A stretch of 64,000 bases of DNA from Corallochytrium limacisporum Hawaii. Its lineage: Eukaryota; Protista; Pluriformea. Below the pieces are notes generated by a model. The model made no database searches, was not told the DNA's origin, and saw nothing but the letters and a program-made list of their open reading frames with translations. The first letter of the stretch is position 1; every line of letters begins with the position of its first letter. Made by a program: the position numbers and the translations under genes. The DNA lies in the NCBI GenBank assembly GCA_002811645.1, contig PDIP01000053.1, forward strand, positions 1-64,000, read 5' to 3'. This document shows positions 23,338 through 33,679 of this stretch, one piece after another.

Positions 23338-24501
23338 TTACTCCAAGAGGATCTTGAACCAATACTTGATCTCCAGGGTAGCATCGTCGACGAGGTCAGT
23401 GACATGCACAGCATTGGCAACCTTGTCCTTTCCATATTTGGCCCTCAGGGTGGTGGGGCGAAGATGGGCTGCGAGATCACTGTCAGCGGGGCCAGCAAGT
23501 TCCCGCAGCTGCTCCACGACTGTTTTGGTGTGTCCATTGGCCTCCGAGCTGACATCACGGCGCGTAAGAGCCAGTGCCAGAGTTAGCCTGCCACTTAACT
23601 CTTTCACCATGCCACTGTACTCCGCGACCACACCCTTGTATACTTCGAGGAACTCTTCAATATTGACACTGTCGACAACGGCGGTTCGTGCCGCTGTGAT
23701 CACAAATCCGTGGTCCTGCAGATCTGCAACAATCTTTCCCAAGTGTCCTTCCAAAATGGCATGTGGTTTGATCAAGCATAGCGTACCAAGCCCCTCCGGG
23801 GGCAGTTCAGGGGTGTATAGCCATGAGAAGAAGAGCTTCAGTTCCCGTTCCGCACTTTGGGGCGCGTCAGATCCGTGACATGCGTTCTGTGTTCCGTCGG
23901 TCCCAAACTGTCCACGAATGGACTTTGGTGCTTCCTGTTTCGCTACCGTAGAGTTCGTCGGCCCAAGCAAACTACGCCAGCGCATGATGCAATCGGGCGC
24001 GGAGAGCTCCATCCCAACGCAGGGCCCCGAGGACATGAACTCAACCAGCATAGGAAAGAAAGGTTTGCCCTGATGCTCAGCATAAAACTGTTCGGCGTGA
24101 GCCCGGGTCATTTGCGTCATCCGTATACGTTTGACCTTTAGTCCGTTTTTGTCAATGACTTCCAAAATGCGGCCAAGATTGTGCACGGCATCCGGCTTCA
24201 CCATTGCAAAAGTGGATTCAGCACTGGCTCCTAGCCTTTGTCGTGTAACGCCGTCTGCGTAGTCTGTGATGGTTAGCTGTCGACTCAGAATGGTCACAAC
24301 GTTACCAATTCGGAAATGATCGAGTTGCAGACCCTTCACTTTGGTTCGTTTCAGAAACGGCCGCTTGTGGTCCCGAACTATCTGCACCATTTCCACGGCA
24401 TCATCAGAGGGATAGAAAATCAAGATAAATTGCTTCTTCATCTGCGAAATCTGATCGAACCAGTCACAGTAGAAAGCATATCGCTCAATCATGGCTGTCA
24501 T
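23338..24501 (-). CDS. NME7: Nucleoside diphosphate kinase 7 (DM10 + two NDK domains)
   Basis: 387 aa. DM10 (ERYAFYCDWFD..FYPSDDAVEM..FLKRT), NDK-A (FAMVKPDA..NACHGSD), NDK-B (LCLIKPHA..NAVHVTDL). Confidence 0.95.
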   Translation of the reverse strand: MTAMIERYAFYCDWFDQISQMKKQFILIFYPSDDAVEMVQIVRDHKRPFLKRTKVKGLQLDHFRIGNVVTILSRQLTITDYADGVTRQRLGASAESTFAMVKPDAVHNLGRILEVIDKNGLKVKRIRMTQMTRAHAEQFYAEHQGKPFFPMLVEFMSSGPCVGMELSAPDCIMRWRSLLGPTNSTVAKQEAPKSIRGQFGTDGTQNACHGSDAPQSAERELKLFFSWLYTPELPPEGLGTLCLIKPHAILEGHLGKIVADLQDHGFVITAARTAVVDSVNIEEFLEVYKGVVAEYSGMVKELSGRLTLALALTRRDVSSEANGHTKTVVEQLRELAGPADSDLAAHLRPTTLRAKYGKDKVANAVHVTDLVDDATLEIKYWFKILLE

Positions 24502-25638
24502 GTCTAATTGATTCTGTTGATAATGTACTCCTGGCTACATTCAACCAAACATCTGTTGATTCTCTTCCGATCCGACGGCTTACTTGCGAATCCTCTGATT
24601 CGTGAGAGGTCGTTTGTAGGAGGCTCTAAACCACCCATTGCTTTCTTGTAGTTATAGCTGACTGCACTACTCCTTTACCCACATAGGTGAAAATATATGC
24701 GTCCAGACAAAGGCCTTTCTGGATTCACATGATGTATCACACTTGACGGCTCGTGGCGGCTCTTTGGAAGTGGAGAACCCGTCGCGGACACTCCACGCAT
24801 CCCTCGACGTGAACTATGGCGGGAAACTACGTGTCCCCAGTCTCCCGTACAAACTCTACTGGCTTTTTTTGTTCACGATGACCAGAAGTTGGGCCAAACT
24901 TTTGACGAAACGACTTTACCCGGGCGGGAGAGTGTCTGCTGCTGGCCAGAAAGCGTCCGAACCCAATAATAAAGCACAGCGAAGGCCCCCCCGGCGGGGG
25001 GGCCGGGCGGCCCTGTACCCGCAACGGTCGGGGAAGTGTGAAGGGGTTTGCAGGAGTCTATCTCTCCCCCCCCCCGGGGGGGGGGGGGCAAATAAGTGTA
25101 ATTCATTCAGTTAGGGTATCCAGTTATTTGTTCATGTAATTAAATATAAGTAGGTTATCAGTTATCTTGAGGGAAAATCCTGGGGCGAGCGGGGTGGTGG
25201 GCTGGGGCCGGACCAATCACCGGCCGCGGGAGCATTCGCACGGCCGAAGACGCGGGGAAAGGAGGTTTGTGTCAGGAGCGAGCACAAAACGTGCTGCTGC
25301 GTGTTTTCATGTACTAGTTTCACAAGTGAACCTGAGTTGTCTTTGTGGCTGTTGGGCACTGAACACACCGGACAAAAAAGGAAGGAAATGTAGTAAGCCG
25401 TTATTGGGGTTCTTTGGGGTTCTAGAGATGGCGTTTGCCTGAGATATAGTCGGTTGTAGCTCACGTAATTGTTTAACTGACCACAGCGCCCTTGAATAGA
25501 AATGTGAGGAGCCAGACCCGCCAATTTCCTCCTACATGGATTTAAGCGGCAATGAAGAAGCGCTGAAGAAACACGTACTCCAGTACTGAATAAATTGCGT
25601 TGCTCAAAATTCTGAACCTATTTGAAACGCACAGAACC

Positions 25639-26499
25639 ATGCTAGCACTCATGCGTCTACGCCCCCTTTCTACACTGACCAGAACCCAGAGAAGGCATAC
25701 CCGTGGGATCATCACACATACGAAACGAATCATCATGCCTAGTGTAACAGTCAGTAGCGAACCCCAGTCTTTGGCAACCATGGCGACCACCAAGGTCGAG
25801 GTCAATGCGAACGAGACTTTCTTTGAAGGGAAGGATCGTGAGCAAATCCGTCTCATGGGTGAGATGTGTATCCTGGTCGATGAGAATGACAAGCCCATTG
25901 GCTACGACACCAAGGTGAACTGCCATCTGATGAAAAATATTGAAAAGGGCCTGCTTCACCGTGCCTTTAGTGTCTTCTTGTTCGACTCCCAAGGCCGTCT
26001 GCTTATTCAACAGCGTGCCGCTGAAAAGATTACGTTCCCGAACATGTGGACTAACACTTGTTGCAGTCATCCGCTGGACCTGCCCCTTGAAATTGTCGAA
26101 GAAAACCAGAGCGGTGTTCGTGAAGCTGCTCGCCGCAAACTCCAACACGAGCTTGGTATTCCCATGGAGAGTATCAGTGCCGACGAATTCACCTACCTGA
26201 CCCGCATCTACTATAAGGCCGCGAGCGATTCCACTTGGGGGGAGCACGAAATCGATTACATCCTGTTTTTGCAGAAGGATGTGGGTATGGAAGCTAACCC
26301 CAATGAAGTCAGTGATACCAACTACGTGACTGCTGAAGAACTGAAGCAGATGATGCAGGATGCTGACGATGGCAAGATCACACTGACTCCCTGGTTTAGA
26401 CATATTTGCGACACTCTGCTGTTCAAGTGGTGGTCGAGTCTGAAAAATGGTGAGGGCTTGGCACAGTTCACCGACCACGAGAACATCCAGCGCTTCTAA
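25639..26499 (+). CDS. IDI1: Isopentenyl-diphosphate delta-isomerase type 1, with a possible N-terminal targeting extension
   Basis: CHLM.NI..GLLHRAFSVFLF, LIQQRA..KITFP.MWTNTCCSHP, WGEHEIDYILF, TPWF. First ATG is 25639; the conserved core starts near ATG 25780. Confidence 0.97.
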   Translation: MLALMRLRPLSTLTRTQRRHTRGIITHTKRIIMPSVTVSSEPQSLATMATTKVEVNANETFFEGKDREQIRLMGEMCILVDENDKPIGYDTKVNCHLMKNIEKGLLHRAFSVFLFDSQGRLLIQQRAAEKITFPNMWTNTCCSHPLDLPLEIVEENQSGVREAARRKLQHELGIPMESISADEFTYLTRIYYKAASDSTWGEHEIDYILFLQKDVGMEANPNEVSDTNYVTAEELKQMMQDADDGKITLTPWFRHICDTLLFKWWSSLKNGEGLAQFTDHENIQRF

Positions 26500-26613
26500 G
26501 CAGCGTTTTCCATTCCCTTCTTAGTTATTTTGAAAGCAGTACATAAAAGTAGTTCCATTAGCCTTAAAGAAACATGCTATCTTTTGTCTAATTTCTTAGT
26601 GTTTGTCGCTAGT

Positions 26614-29226
26614 CTAACCCCAGTACTTGTCCCAAGTACTAGAAAAGGTAGCGGGCGTCACCCAGTCGGGCAGGGTGGTATGGATTTCGTCAATGTACGC
26701 AGTGGAGTTCCATGGTGCCTCGAACTTGAAGCTGCTAACCGCAAACGGGTACGGTGTCGACAGCGTTGCCCCGTCAGTACTCTCAATGGTGAACGAGAAG
26801 TCATAGTCACGTTCCACTTCACCAGAGGCGGTATAAACGAAGTACACACCTTCCTGGGTCTTGGGTGGCAGACCTTCCTGAGTGTTAACCGTCCAATCAA
26901 TGATGGTGCGACCTTCATGCACTTCAGGAAGATAGAAATTGAAGTGCTCAGGGCCATGGATACTGACTTCAATGATTCGTTGGGAAGGGCCGTTCGGCTT
27001 TGATGTGAACTTGACCTCGGGACGCCATTCAATCTCTTTTATGCCCTTATTGATGGGATCCAGAGGGTGGCACATGCTGTCACCGAGCATGTGGTGGATC
27101 GGAATGTACCAAGGCATATCACAGTAGACGTCACCACATCCACAGGACTCAAGGTCACGGAATGCAGGGTGAAGATCCGCCATCGGGGCCACACCATACC
27201 AATCAATGGCCAGCACGGCCAGATCGTTGCGCTCCGTTTCAATTGTGTTGTTCTGGTTGCGCCAACGACGGTTCATGTATTGGAAAAGAACACGTTTCGG
27301 CGTATCGGCAGTGTACACACTCGCGCCAAAGCTAAGCGCGATTGTTGTCAGCAGCACGAAGGTCAACAAGACCGGCAGCAGGCGGCGGATGGCATTTGTG
27401 TGGGAAGTGAGGTGGCGCATGAGAAAGCGGGTGCTAGTGACCAAGTAGAGAGCAGACAGCAAGGCAATTACAATGTCACTAGGAGACTGTCCCGACCGAC
27501 CCATGATTGGAACGAGCAGTTCACCGGTCGTTGCCAGCAGCTGAGTGTTGTAGATCAGGGGGATAGTGAAAGCAATGGCTTCGATAGGCCAGGCGATCTT
27601 GGTAGAGACAAACGCAATGGACTTGTTGCTGTTTCCAGGCATCAGCAATGCTTCCATGGTAATGTAGAACAGCGCTCCGGCAGACCACACAAAGGGCCAG
27701 ACTGCGGAACCTAGTCCAAAGGAGGCCATGACGATAAGAATCGTGAGGAAGAAAACAGCAGCACCGTCAAATGCTTCCCGGTCAGTCATATCCAACATAC
27801 GCCTCCGATGAGAAGCGAAAATGCGTTGGCTACCCAAGAGAGCGGCGCTCACAAAAAGACCTGCGACAAAGGTCTTCTGAGTGTACCAGATCATGGGCCG
27901 TACATACAGCATGACTAGACCCACTACGACAGCGCTGAGTAGACCACCGAGCATACTCAGCAAGTGTGTCACTAAGCTCCTCCTTAGGCCCGTGAACCCG
28001 TCATGGTTGTTACGCAAATAAAGAGCGATTACTAATCCGACTGCCACAAACCCGTGAAGAACGTGCTTGGTAGAGTGACCATATTGTACAGCATACAGGC
28101 CAATGACATCAAAGAAAACAGGGCGAGTCGGCTCCGTCTTAAAGCTGTCCTCAACGTGAAGCATCTCCTCGAATCCCTGGAGCAAAGCCATCACATTGTC
28201 TCCTGCACGCTGAATGCTACCCAGGGGAATGCGTTCGTACGTGTCCAAAGCAGTGTGGTAGACGTACCCGTTGGCCGTAAATGCAAGATCGAGGCCCGGG
28301 ATGTCCCCAAAGTCACGGTACACACGGAAGTCTGTGTCACCAGGCACAACCCCGCTCTCGAAGAATTCCTGGCCAAGTACTGATCCGTGGGGATGCGGTA
28401 CTTTCTTGGCATAGATCTCGGCGACTTGATCACCAGGACCTGTTTGGAATACGACTTCACGACCACCAGATCCGGCAGCTTCCAGATTGACGAAAGCCTT
28501 GATGTCCTTGGCCCATTTGTGCTGAGTAATGAACCCATGGGCAGCCTCCATGAAGGCTTCCTCGGCGCCATTGAACACAAAGATGACATCGTGAAGTAGC
28601 ACTAGTTCCTTCGAATGTGTAATGGCGCGGATGAGATCGTATGCAATTGCACAGCTGACACCATCATCACTTGCACCAACAGCATCCATAGATGTGTCAA
28701 AGTGGCAGTTGAACATGATCGCATCATGACTTATGCGACCAGCGTCGCTGACACGGACGATGACATTGGTGACCCTATCATACGCATTAGTGAAGCCAGA
28801 AAGAAAATCAAGCCAGAAGACACCCGTTGGCTTCTGAACATCGATATCCAAGCGCTTATTGAGCAGTACCCCGGATCGCAGCTTCTCGAGCTCACTAACA
28901 ATGTAATTGGGTGCCAGGACTTCGTTGGCCCGCGATCCCGTGGTCTTTGGCCCAAGATCAGCCAGTCCCTTTAGGAATCGTTGAGTATTGTGGGCGTTAA
29001 AGTCATGGGGCTGGAGTGTTGACTCCTCGGGTACGGGTGGCAGAACCACATGCCGAGTCAACACGAGAAGGACAATGAACACATAGAAGGCGATCATGCC
29101 AAAGGAATTGGCGATCCCAGGCTCATAGCTCCTGTGGTGAGTCTGGTAATCCTTGCCAGCATTGTACGCATCAGGATCATCGATGTTCAGGCCCGTGGTC
29201 CCATTCTTCCGCTTTCTCGCGCCCAT
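26614..29226 (-). CDS. ERMP1: ER metallopeptidase 1 (M28, FXNA-like), multi-TM
   Basis: NCHFDT, GASDDG, FNGAEE....AHGFITQH.W, FVNLEAAGSGGRE, DTDFRVYRDFG, GYVYHT..D, then a TM block and TPKRV. Likely start ATG 29226; the ORF extends to 29388. Confidence 0.93.
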   Translation of the reverse strand: MGARKRKNGTTGLNIDDPDAYNAGKDYQTHHRSYEPGIANSFGMIAFYVFIVLLVLTRHVVLPPVPEESTLQPHDFNAHNTQRFLKGLADLGPKTTGSRANEVLAPNYIVSELEKLRSGVLLNKRLDIDVQKPTGVFWLDFLSGFTNAYDRVTNVIVRVSDAGRISHDAIMFNCHFDTSMDAVGASDDGVSCAIAYDLIRAITHSKELVLLHDVIFVFNGAEEAFMEAAHGFITQHKWAKDIKAFVNLEAAGSGGREVVFQTGPGDQVAEIYAKKVPHPHGSVLGQEFFESGVVPGDTDFRVYRDFGDIPGLDLAFTANGYVYHTALDTYERIPLGSIQRAGDNVMALLQGFEEMLHVEDSFKTEPTRPVFFDVIGLYAVQYGHSTKHVLHGFVAVGLVIALYLRNNHDGFTGLRRSLVTHLLSMLGGLLSAVVVGLVMLYVRPMIWYTQKTFVAGLFVSAALLGSQRIFASHRRRMLDMTDREAFDGAAVFFLTILIVMASFGLGSAVWPFVWSAGALFYITMEALLMPGNSNKSIAFVSTKIAWPIEAIAFTIPLIYNTQLLATTGELLVPIMGRSGQSPSDIVIALLSALYLVTSTRFLMRHLTSHTNAIRRLLPVLLTFVLLTTIALSFGASVYTADTPKRVLFQYMNRRWRNQNNTIETERNDLAVLAIDWYGVAPMADLHPAFRDLESCGCGDVYCDMPWYIPIHHMLGDSMCHPLDPINKGIKEIEWRPEVKFTSKPNGPSQRIIEVSIHGPEHFNFYLPEVHEGRTIIDWTVNTQEGLPPKTQEGVYFVYTASGEVERDYDFSFTIESTDGATLSTPYPFAVSSFKFEAPWNSTAYIDEIHTTLPDWVTPATFSSTWDKYWG

Positions 29227-30378
29227 CGTGGCCAGCGGTCTTTGGACAGACTTTTTGGACTTTAGGGAGCAAACTTGAGCAATGGTTTGAAGTCTGTGGT
29301 AACCGTCCCGCCATGTTTCCCTGAAGAACCTCCGTGCAGGGTGTAAGCAGGTATTCTCTCGGGTACTTTGTCGTGCGCAATGAGACATCCTGTTCTCATC
29401 ACTTGTCCGGTGGTCATGGGTTCCAGTCCCAGCGTGCTTGTAGTTCGTAGTGAGAAACTATCCCCGATCATACGAGATATGCGAAGTCAAAACACCCATA
29501 CGTTTTTCTGTGCAGAGTACCGAGCGCGCGCGCCACACAAGTAACCCTGGAGCACAAAGGCCATCTATTTTTAGGGGGATTATCGGGAGGAATCGCAGAC
29601 TGAATAATAACTGATACCCTAACATTTTCGTTCAGACATACCCCAGTAACACATTTTAATAGACTCCCCATGTCTAGCTCTTGTGGGGCTCCCGTTTATC
29701 TTCTTTCGTTCTCGCTGCGCCCTCTGTTTTCCTCCGTGCGTCGGTGGTGGGCCTTGCTACTCACAACCATCCCCTCCCCTCCCCTCCAACACACACACGT
29801 ACTTACCACCTGCGATCGGGGGTACGGCGATTGCACAGGTGACATTTCCCGTGCGAAAATGCACTGAAGGAAATTAGCGAAAGGATCGATGTAAGGCTTT
29901 GGATTCCCCAACCGCCGTTCGAACAAAACATTCGAAGTTCCTTTTTTTTGGGGGGGGGCCGGTACAGGGCTCTGTTGGCTGCCCGAATTGACCAAAAGAA
30001 GTTGGTAGCCAGCAGATGTGGGATCGTTTGCAGGAGTCGCAAAGAAGGGTTCTAGAGTGGTTTCTCTGCCCTTCAAATATGAGAATTGGCCGGGTGCGCT
30101 GACCGAGCTCTAGTGACGACAAAGTTGCTGCGAAGCTGTGGGGTTCACGGGTGATATGCCGTGTTTCTGGGACACCTGACATGATGGTGAACAGTGAGAT
30201 AGTGTTCCCGGACTCTTTGCAGCATAACTCCGCTCGAGTGTGTGACTTTGAGAGTGAAAGAGATGATGTCAAATTCGTCTGGAATAAACGTGACAATATC
30301 TCGGTATTTAGAGTGGTTATTACACAGAAACAGAGAGGTGAGAGAAAGCGGGTGTATGTGATCACCGCGATAATAGCG

Positions 30379-30442
30379 TGACACGAAACAGCCTTGACAC
30401 GAAACGGCCTTGACACGAAACGGCCTTGACCCAAAACGGGCT
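30379..30442. repeat. Tandem array, 4 x 16 bp (consensus TGACACGAAACGGCCT)
   Basis: Units: TGACACGAAACAGCCT, TGACACGAAACGGCCT, TGACACGAAACGGCCT, TGACCCAAAACGGGCT. Ends 41 bp before the bioF ATG. Confidence 0.92.
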
Positions 30443-30483
30443 TCATTATTGGTATTTAAGTTCGGTAGGAGACCACTAATGTG

Positions 30484-31824
30484 ATGCAACCGCTTCGGAG
30501 AGCAACGGCAACGTTGCGACAGGGACTGACAGCTGGAAAGGTCAGCAGAAACATGTCGCATCGTATGGAAGAACATCTCCAGCGGACGATCCGATCCCGA
30601 CGGGACCGCGGATCACTGAGGAGTTCCGGGTCAGTACAAGGAGTCCCGGTTGATGGATGTGAGCTCGATGTACCGGTCGATTTTTCCAGCAACGACTATC
30701 TTGGGTTTTCCAGATCGCTGGCATTGCACGAGCGCATCAACACTGCCATCGCCTCTCACGAGAACGGAATTGTTCGCTGGCAGGGTTCGTCGGGTTCTCG
30801 ACTGCTAAGCGGTACTCACCAGCCCATCCTGGACCTTGAAGCAAAACTTGCAGGTGTGCATAAGGCAGAGGCAGGAATCATATTCAATTCAGGGTACGAT
30901 GCCAACATCGGAATGTTTTCAAGCATCCTCAGTGGGAAGCAAGACCTCTTCGTCTACGATGAATTGATCCATGCCTCATGCCATGACGGTATGCGTCTGA
31001 GCCGTGGAGGCCGGAGGGCATTCAAGCACAACAGTGTCGCGGATCTACGCAAGGTTCTGTGTGAGGAGCGAGCATCGCGTGGTTCGGACGCGTTGATCTG
31101 TGTAGCAGTTGAGACCTTATATAGCATGGACGGAGACACGCCACCACTCCTGGAGATTGTTGACACCGCAGATGAATTTGAAGCCGCAGTCATTGTTGAT
31201 GAGGCCCACGCTACTGGTGTCATGGGTCCGAACTACCTGGGTCTGGTGGATGCGTTAGGGTTGGAAGACCGCATCTTCGCCAGGCTGCATACATTCAGCA
31301 AAAGCATTGGCTGTCATGGATCGATCGTGCTAGGCAGTCAGGCTTTATCGATTTATCTCGCCAATTACGCCAAGAGTTTTGTTTACACAACTGCCCTGCC
31401 ACCGCACAGTGCTCTTGCGGTTTCCTGTGCTTATGACTACCTGGCTGACGCCGGTGAGCACCTGAATGCACACGTGTCTTCATTGATCTCGCACTACCGT
31501 AGTATTCTCGAAAAGTACAATGTGCCATCAACGGCAATCCTCGACTCCAAAACACCAATCCAAGGAATTATAACAGGGTGCAATGAATCTGCCATTCGCC
31601 TGGCATCGGAACTGCAGAGTGCAGGTTTCGAGGTGAAGCCCATCCGCAGTCCCACAGTGCCGCGTGGTACAGAGCGAATTCGCGTGATCCTGCACAGCCA
31701 CAATACTCACGACGAAGTAGAACGGCTCTGTGCCAAGATTGCGAACTGCATGGGCCTTCACAGTGTACCCAAGGATGTGCCCAGCGCCCAGGATATGCGC
31801 AAGGAGCACCTTGCCTCCGCATGA
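30484..31824 (+). CDS. bioF: 8-amino-7-oxononanoate synthase (BioF; biotin synthesis, PLP-dependent)
   Basis: DFSSNDYLG, GSSGSRLLSG, FNSGYDAN, YDELIHASCHDG, ETLYSMDGD, VDEAHATG, PLP lysine in HTFSK, IRSPTVPRGTERIR. Confidence 0.93.
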   Translation: MQPLRRATATLRQGLTAGKVSRNMSHRMEEHLQRTIRSRRDRGSLRSSGSVQGVPVDGCELDVPVDFSSNDYLGFSRSLALHERINTAIASHENGIVRWQGSSGSRLLSGTHQPILDLEAKLAGVHKAEAGIIFNSGYDANIGMFSSILSGKQDLFVYDELIHASCHDGMRLSRGGRRAFKHNSVADLRKVLCEERASRGSDALICVAVETLYSMDGDTPPLLEIVDTADEFEAAVIVDEAHATGVMGPNYLGLVDALGLEDRIFARLHTFSKSIGCHGSIVLGSQALSIYLANYAKSFVYTTALPPHSALAVSCAYDYLADAGEHLNAHVSSLISHYRSILEKYNVPSTAILDSKTPIQGIITGCNESAIRLASELQSAGFEVKPIRSPTVPRGTERIRVILHSHNTHDEVERLCAKIANCMGLHSVPKDVPSAQDMRKEHLASA

Positions 31825-31972
31825 CTATATGGCCGGAGCATGAAATCAAATTTGTAACTAGTAGTTAACATCATCACATTTAGCATATAACATATTGAAC
31901 ATCCATATCTGAGTAAACACATCATACAGTATTTGAAAATATGGTTTTGTAGTTTGTGTATGTTTTCTGCTT

Positions 31973-33679
31973 TCACATGGCGTGTGACAAACCATAGCTC
32001 TGTTGTGGTCGACTGTTAAGTGGCGGCCTCGGAGTAGCAGACTTGATGATGGGGGTCTGGGCAAAGTCACTTGCATCGGGCATCACAGTCTTCTGCACTT
32101 GACCGCTGTGTACGACGCCAGAGTCAAATTCTTCAGCTTCGTCCAAGTCGGGAATGCGTTTGACATTGGCTGGGGTGGTACTGGCTGCCTGGGCCATGCG
32201 CAGCTTTCCCGCAGACGCTGGGGTAAACAGAGCAGACGGCGAAGGAATGCCGAGGGCACGAAGTTTGGCGGCAGGAGTGGCGGACATCCCCACACCACCA
32301 GGAATTTCGCGCAGACCAGCGGTGGCCGCAAAGGAGGAGCCAGTCTTGTCAGGGGTGCGCACAGCGTCGACGCTGCTTGTGCCAGCAGTGCGAAGATAGT
32401 TGCTCAGGCTGACAATTGCAGCATCCTTGGCCTGGGCCTGGCGCTCGTGGCGGGCGCGTTCAGACAGAAGCAAATCCTCTTTCTCCTTCAGTTGCCCATT
32501 GCTCTCTTCTAGCTGTTCCAAAGTATCGGCAAGGCGCTGCTCAGCTTCAGCCTCAGCTTCGCGAGTGGTCTCCAGCGCGTGGCGCAGAGCATTGACCTCA
32601 GCAATTAGCAAGCGGACGGTGCGGAGAGGGCCCTCCTCACCGTTCTCGAGAAGGTTTCCATCGCGCAGCTCTGTAATCTTGGGCTGACTATTGGTGGTCT
32701 CAATATTGTCGACTTTCAGAGCAGCTTCAGTCTCATCCCAAATAGTGGCGCACAGCTGTGCAAAATGGGCAGAACGGCTGTGATGCTGAGCAATGTTGAC
32801 TTTGATCGTCTCGTCGTCGTCTGAAGCATCAGTCGGGTGCAGGGCTTCTTCCAGCATCTTGCTGCTGGCACCATCAATTTGTCTGTTGAGACGGTCCACT
32901 GCCGGAGATTTGGGGATGGTCTCTGGGTCATCATCGTTATCCTCCTCAACGGGAATCCTTTTGTTCGGATATGGGGTAACTTGCATGTCGCTGAACGTTC
33001 TTCGCATGGCATCAGTTTCTGGGGTTGCTGCGGCACGATCAAGAGCAGTGGTCGTGAAGTCGTTCTCCTCCATGTCGTCCTCACCGAACAGATTCCGGGC
33101 CAAAATATCATTGGAGGTTGGAGTCACAGCGGTTTGCTGCTGCGGTCCAATCGCCCGGGGAGTATTCACAAAGCGGGCCGTCTTGCGTTTGACTGCATCA
33201 GAAGGGCTCCTGTGAGAGGGCACGTTCTCCGTAGTTTGTACTGATCCCAATGCTTTGCGGGACGGAGTAGTACCCTGGTGCTTGTCCTTAAGCATTTCAT
33301 CCGTCAACCGACCAGTCGTGGGGACTCCCACGGCCGCCAAGCGCTCCCGCAGCTCCTTGTTGGCCCTCATGAGCTCACTGTTTCTCTGCTTCATGGCCGG
33401 TGTCAGGCCTGCCCTCAGTTCCATGCGAGCAACGCCGATATTATTGCTCTGGTGAACCTCATGCCGGCGACGTCGTTCCTCAGGGGTCAATGCATACTTA
33501 CTCTGGTCTGTTGTCGTAGAATCCCATGCGGGCTTTGGCTTAGGCTTCCGCTTCTTTGCAGAGTTGGCCGGTGTGTTTCTGGTGTTGGTCAAGGGCTTAG
33601 GCGCCAAAGCACGAGTCCCCGGGGTTCTGGGAGTACCAACCCTATTGTTCGGCGGCAGTGGTGTCGCCATGAATGTCAT
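31973..33679 (-). CDS. SPICE1: SPICE1-like spindle/centriole-associated protein
   Basis: KKRK....PAWDSTTTDQS....TPEE...RHEVHQSNN....MEL resembles the recalled SPICE1 N-terminal motif (KKKK..WDNT..DL....TPED..RRHE.HKS.N). Also a coiled coil and many TP/SP sites. Confidence 0.7.
   Translation of the reverse strand: MTFMATPLPPNNRVGTPRTPGTRALAPKPLTNTRNTPANSAKKRKPKPKPAWDSTTTDQSKYALTPEERRRRHEVHQSNNIGVARMELRAGLTPAMKQRNSELMRANKELRERLAAVGVPTTGRLTDEMLKDKHQGTTPSRKALGSVQTTENVPSHRSPSDAVKRKTARFVNTPRAIGPQQQTAVTPTSNDILARNLFGEDDMEENDFTTTALDRAAATPETDAMRRTFSDMQVTPYPNKRIPVEEDNDDDPETIPKSPAVDRLNRQIDGASSKMLEEALHPTDASDDDETIKVNIAQHHSRSAHFAQLCATIWDETEAALKVDNIETTNSQPKITELRDGNLLENGEEGPLRTVRLLIAEVNALRHALETTREAEAEAEQRLADTLEQLEESNGQLKEKEDLLLSERARHERQAQAKDAAIVSLSNYLRTAGTSSVDAVRTPDKTGSSFAATAGLREIPGGVGMSATPAAKLRALGIPSPSALFTPASAGKLRMAQAASTTPANVKRIPDLDEAEEFDSGVVHSGQVQKTVMPDASDFAQTPIIKSATPRPPLNSRPQQSYGLSHAM

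Noticed and set aside
30379-30442. CRISPR interpretation of the 16-bp array
   Set aside because: No spacers, units too short, eukaryotic context and no cas genes.
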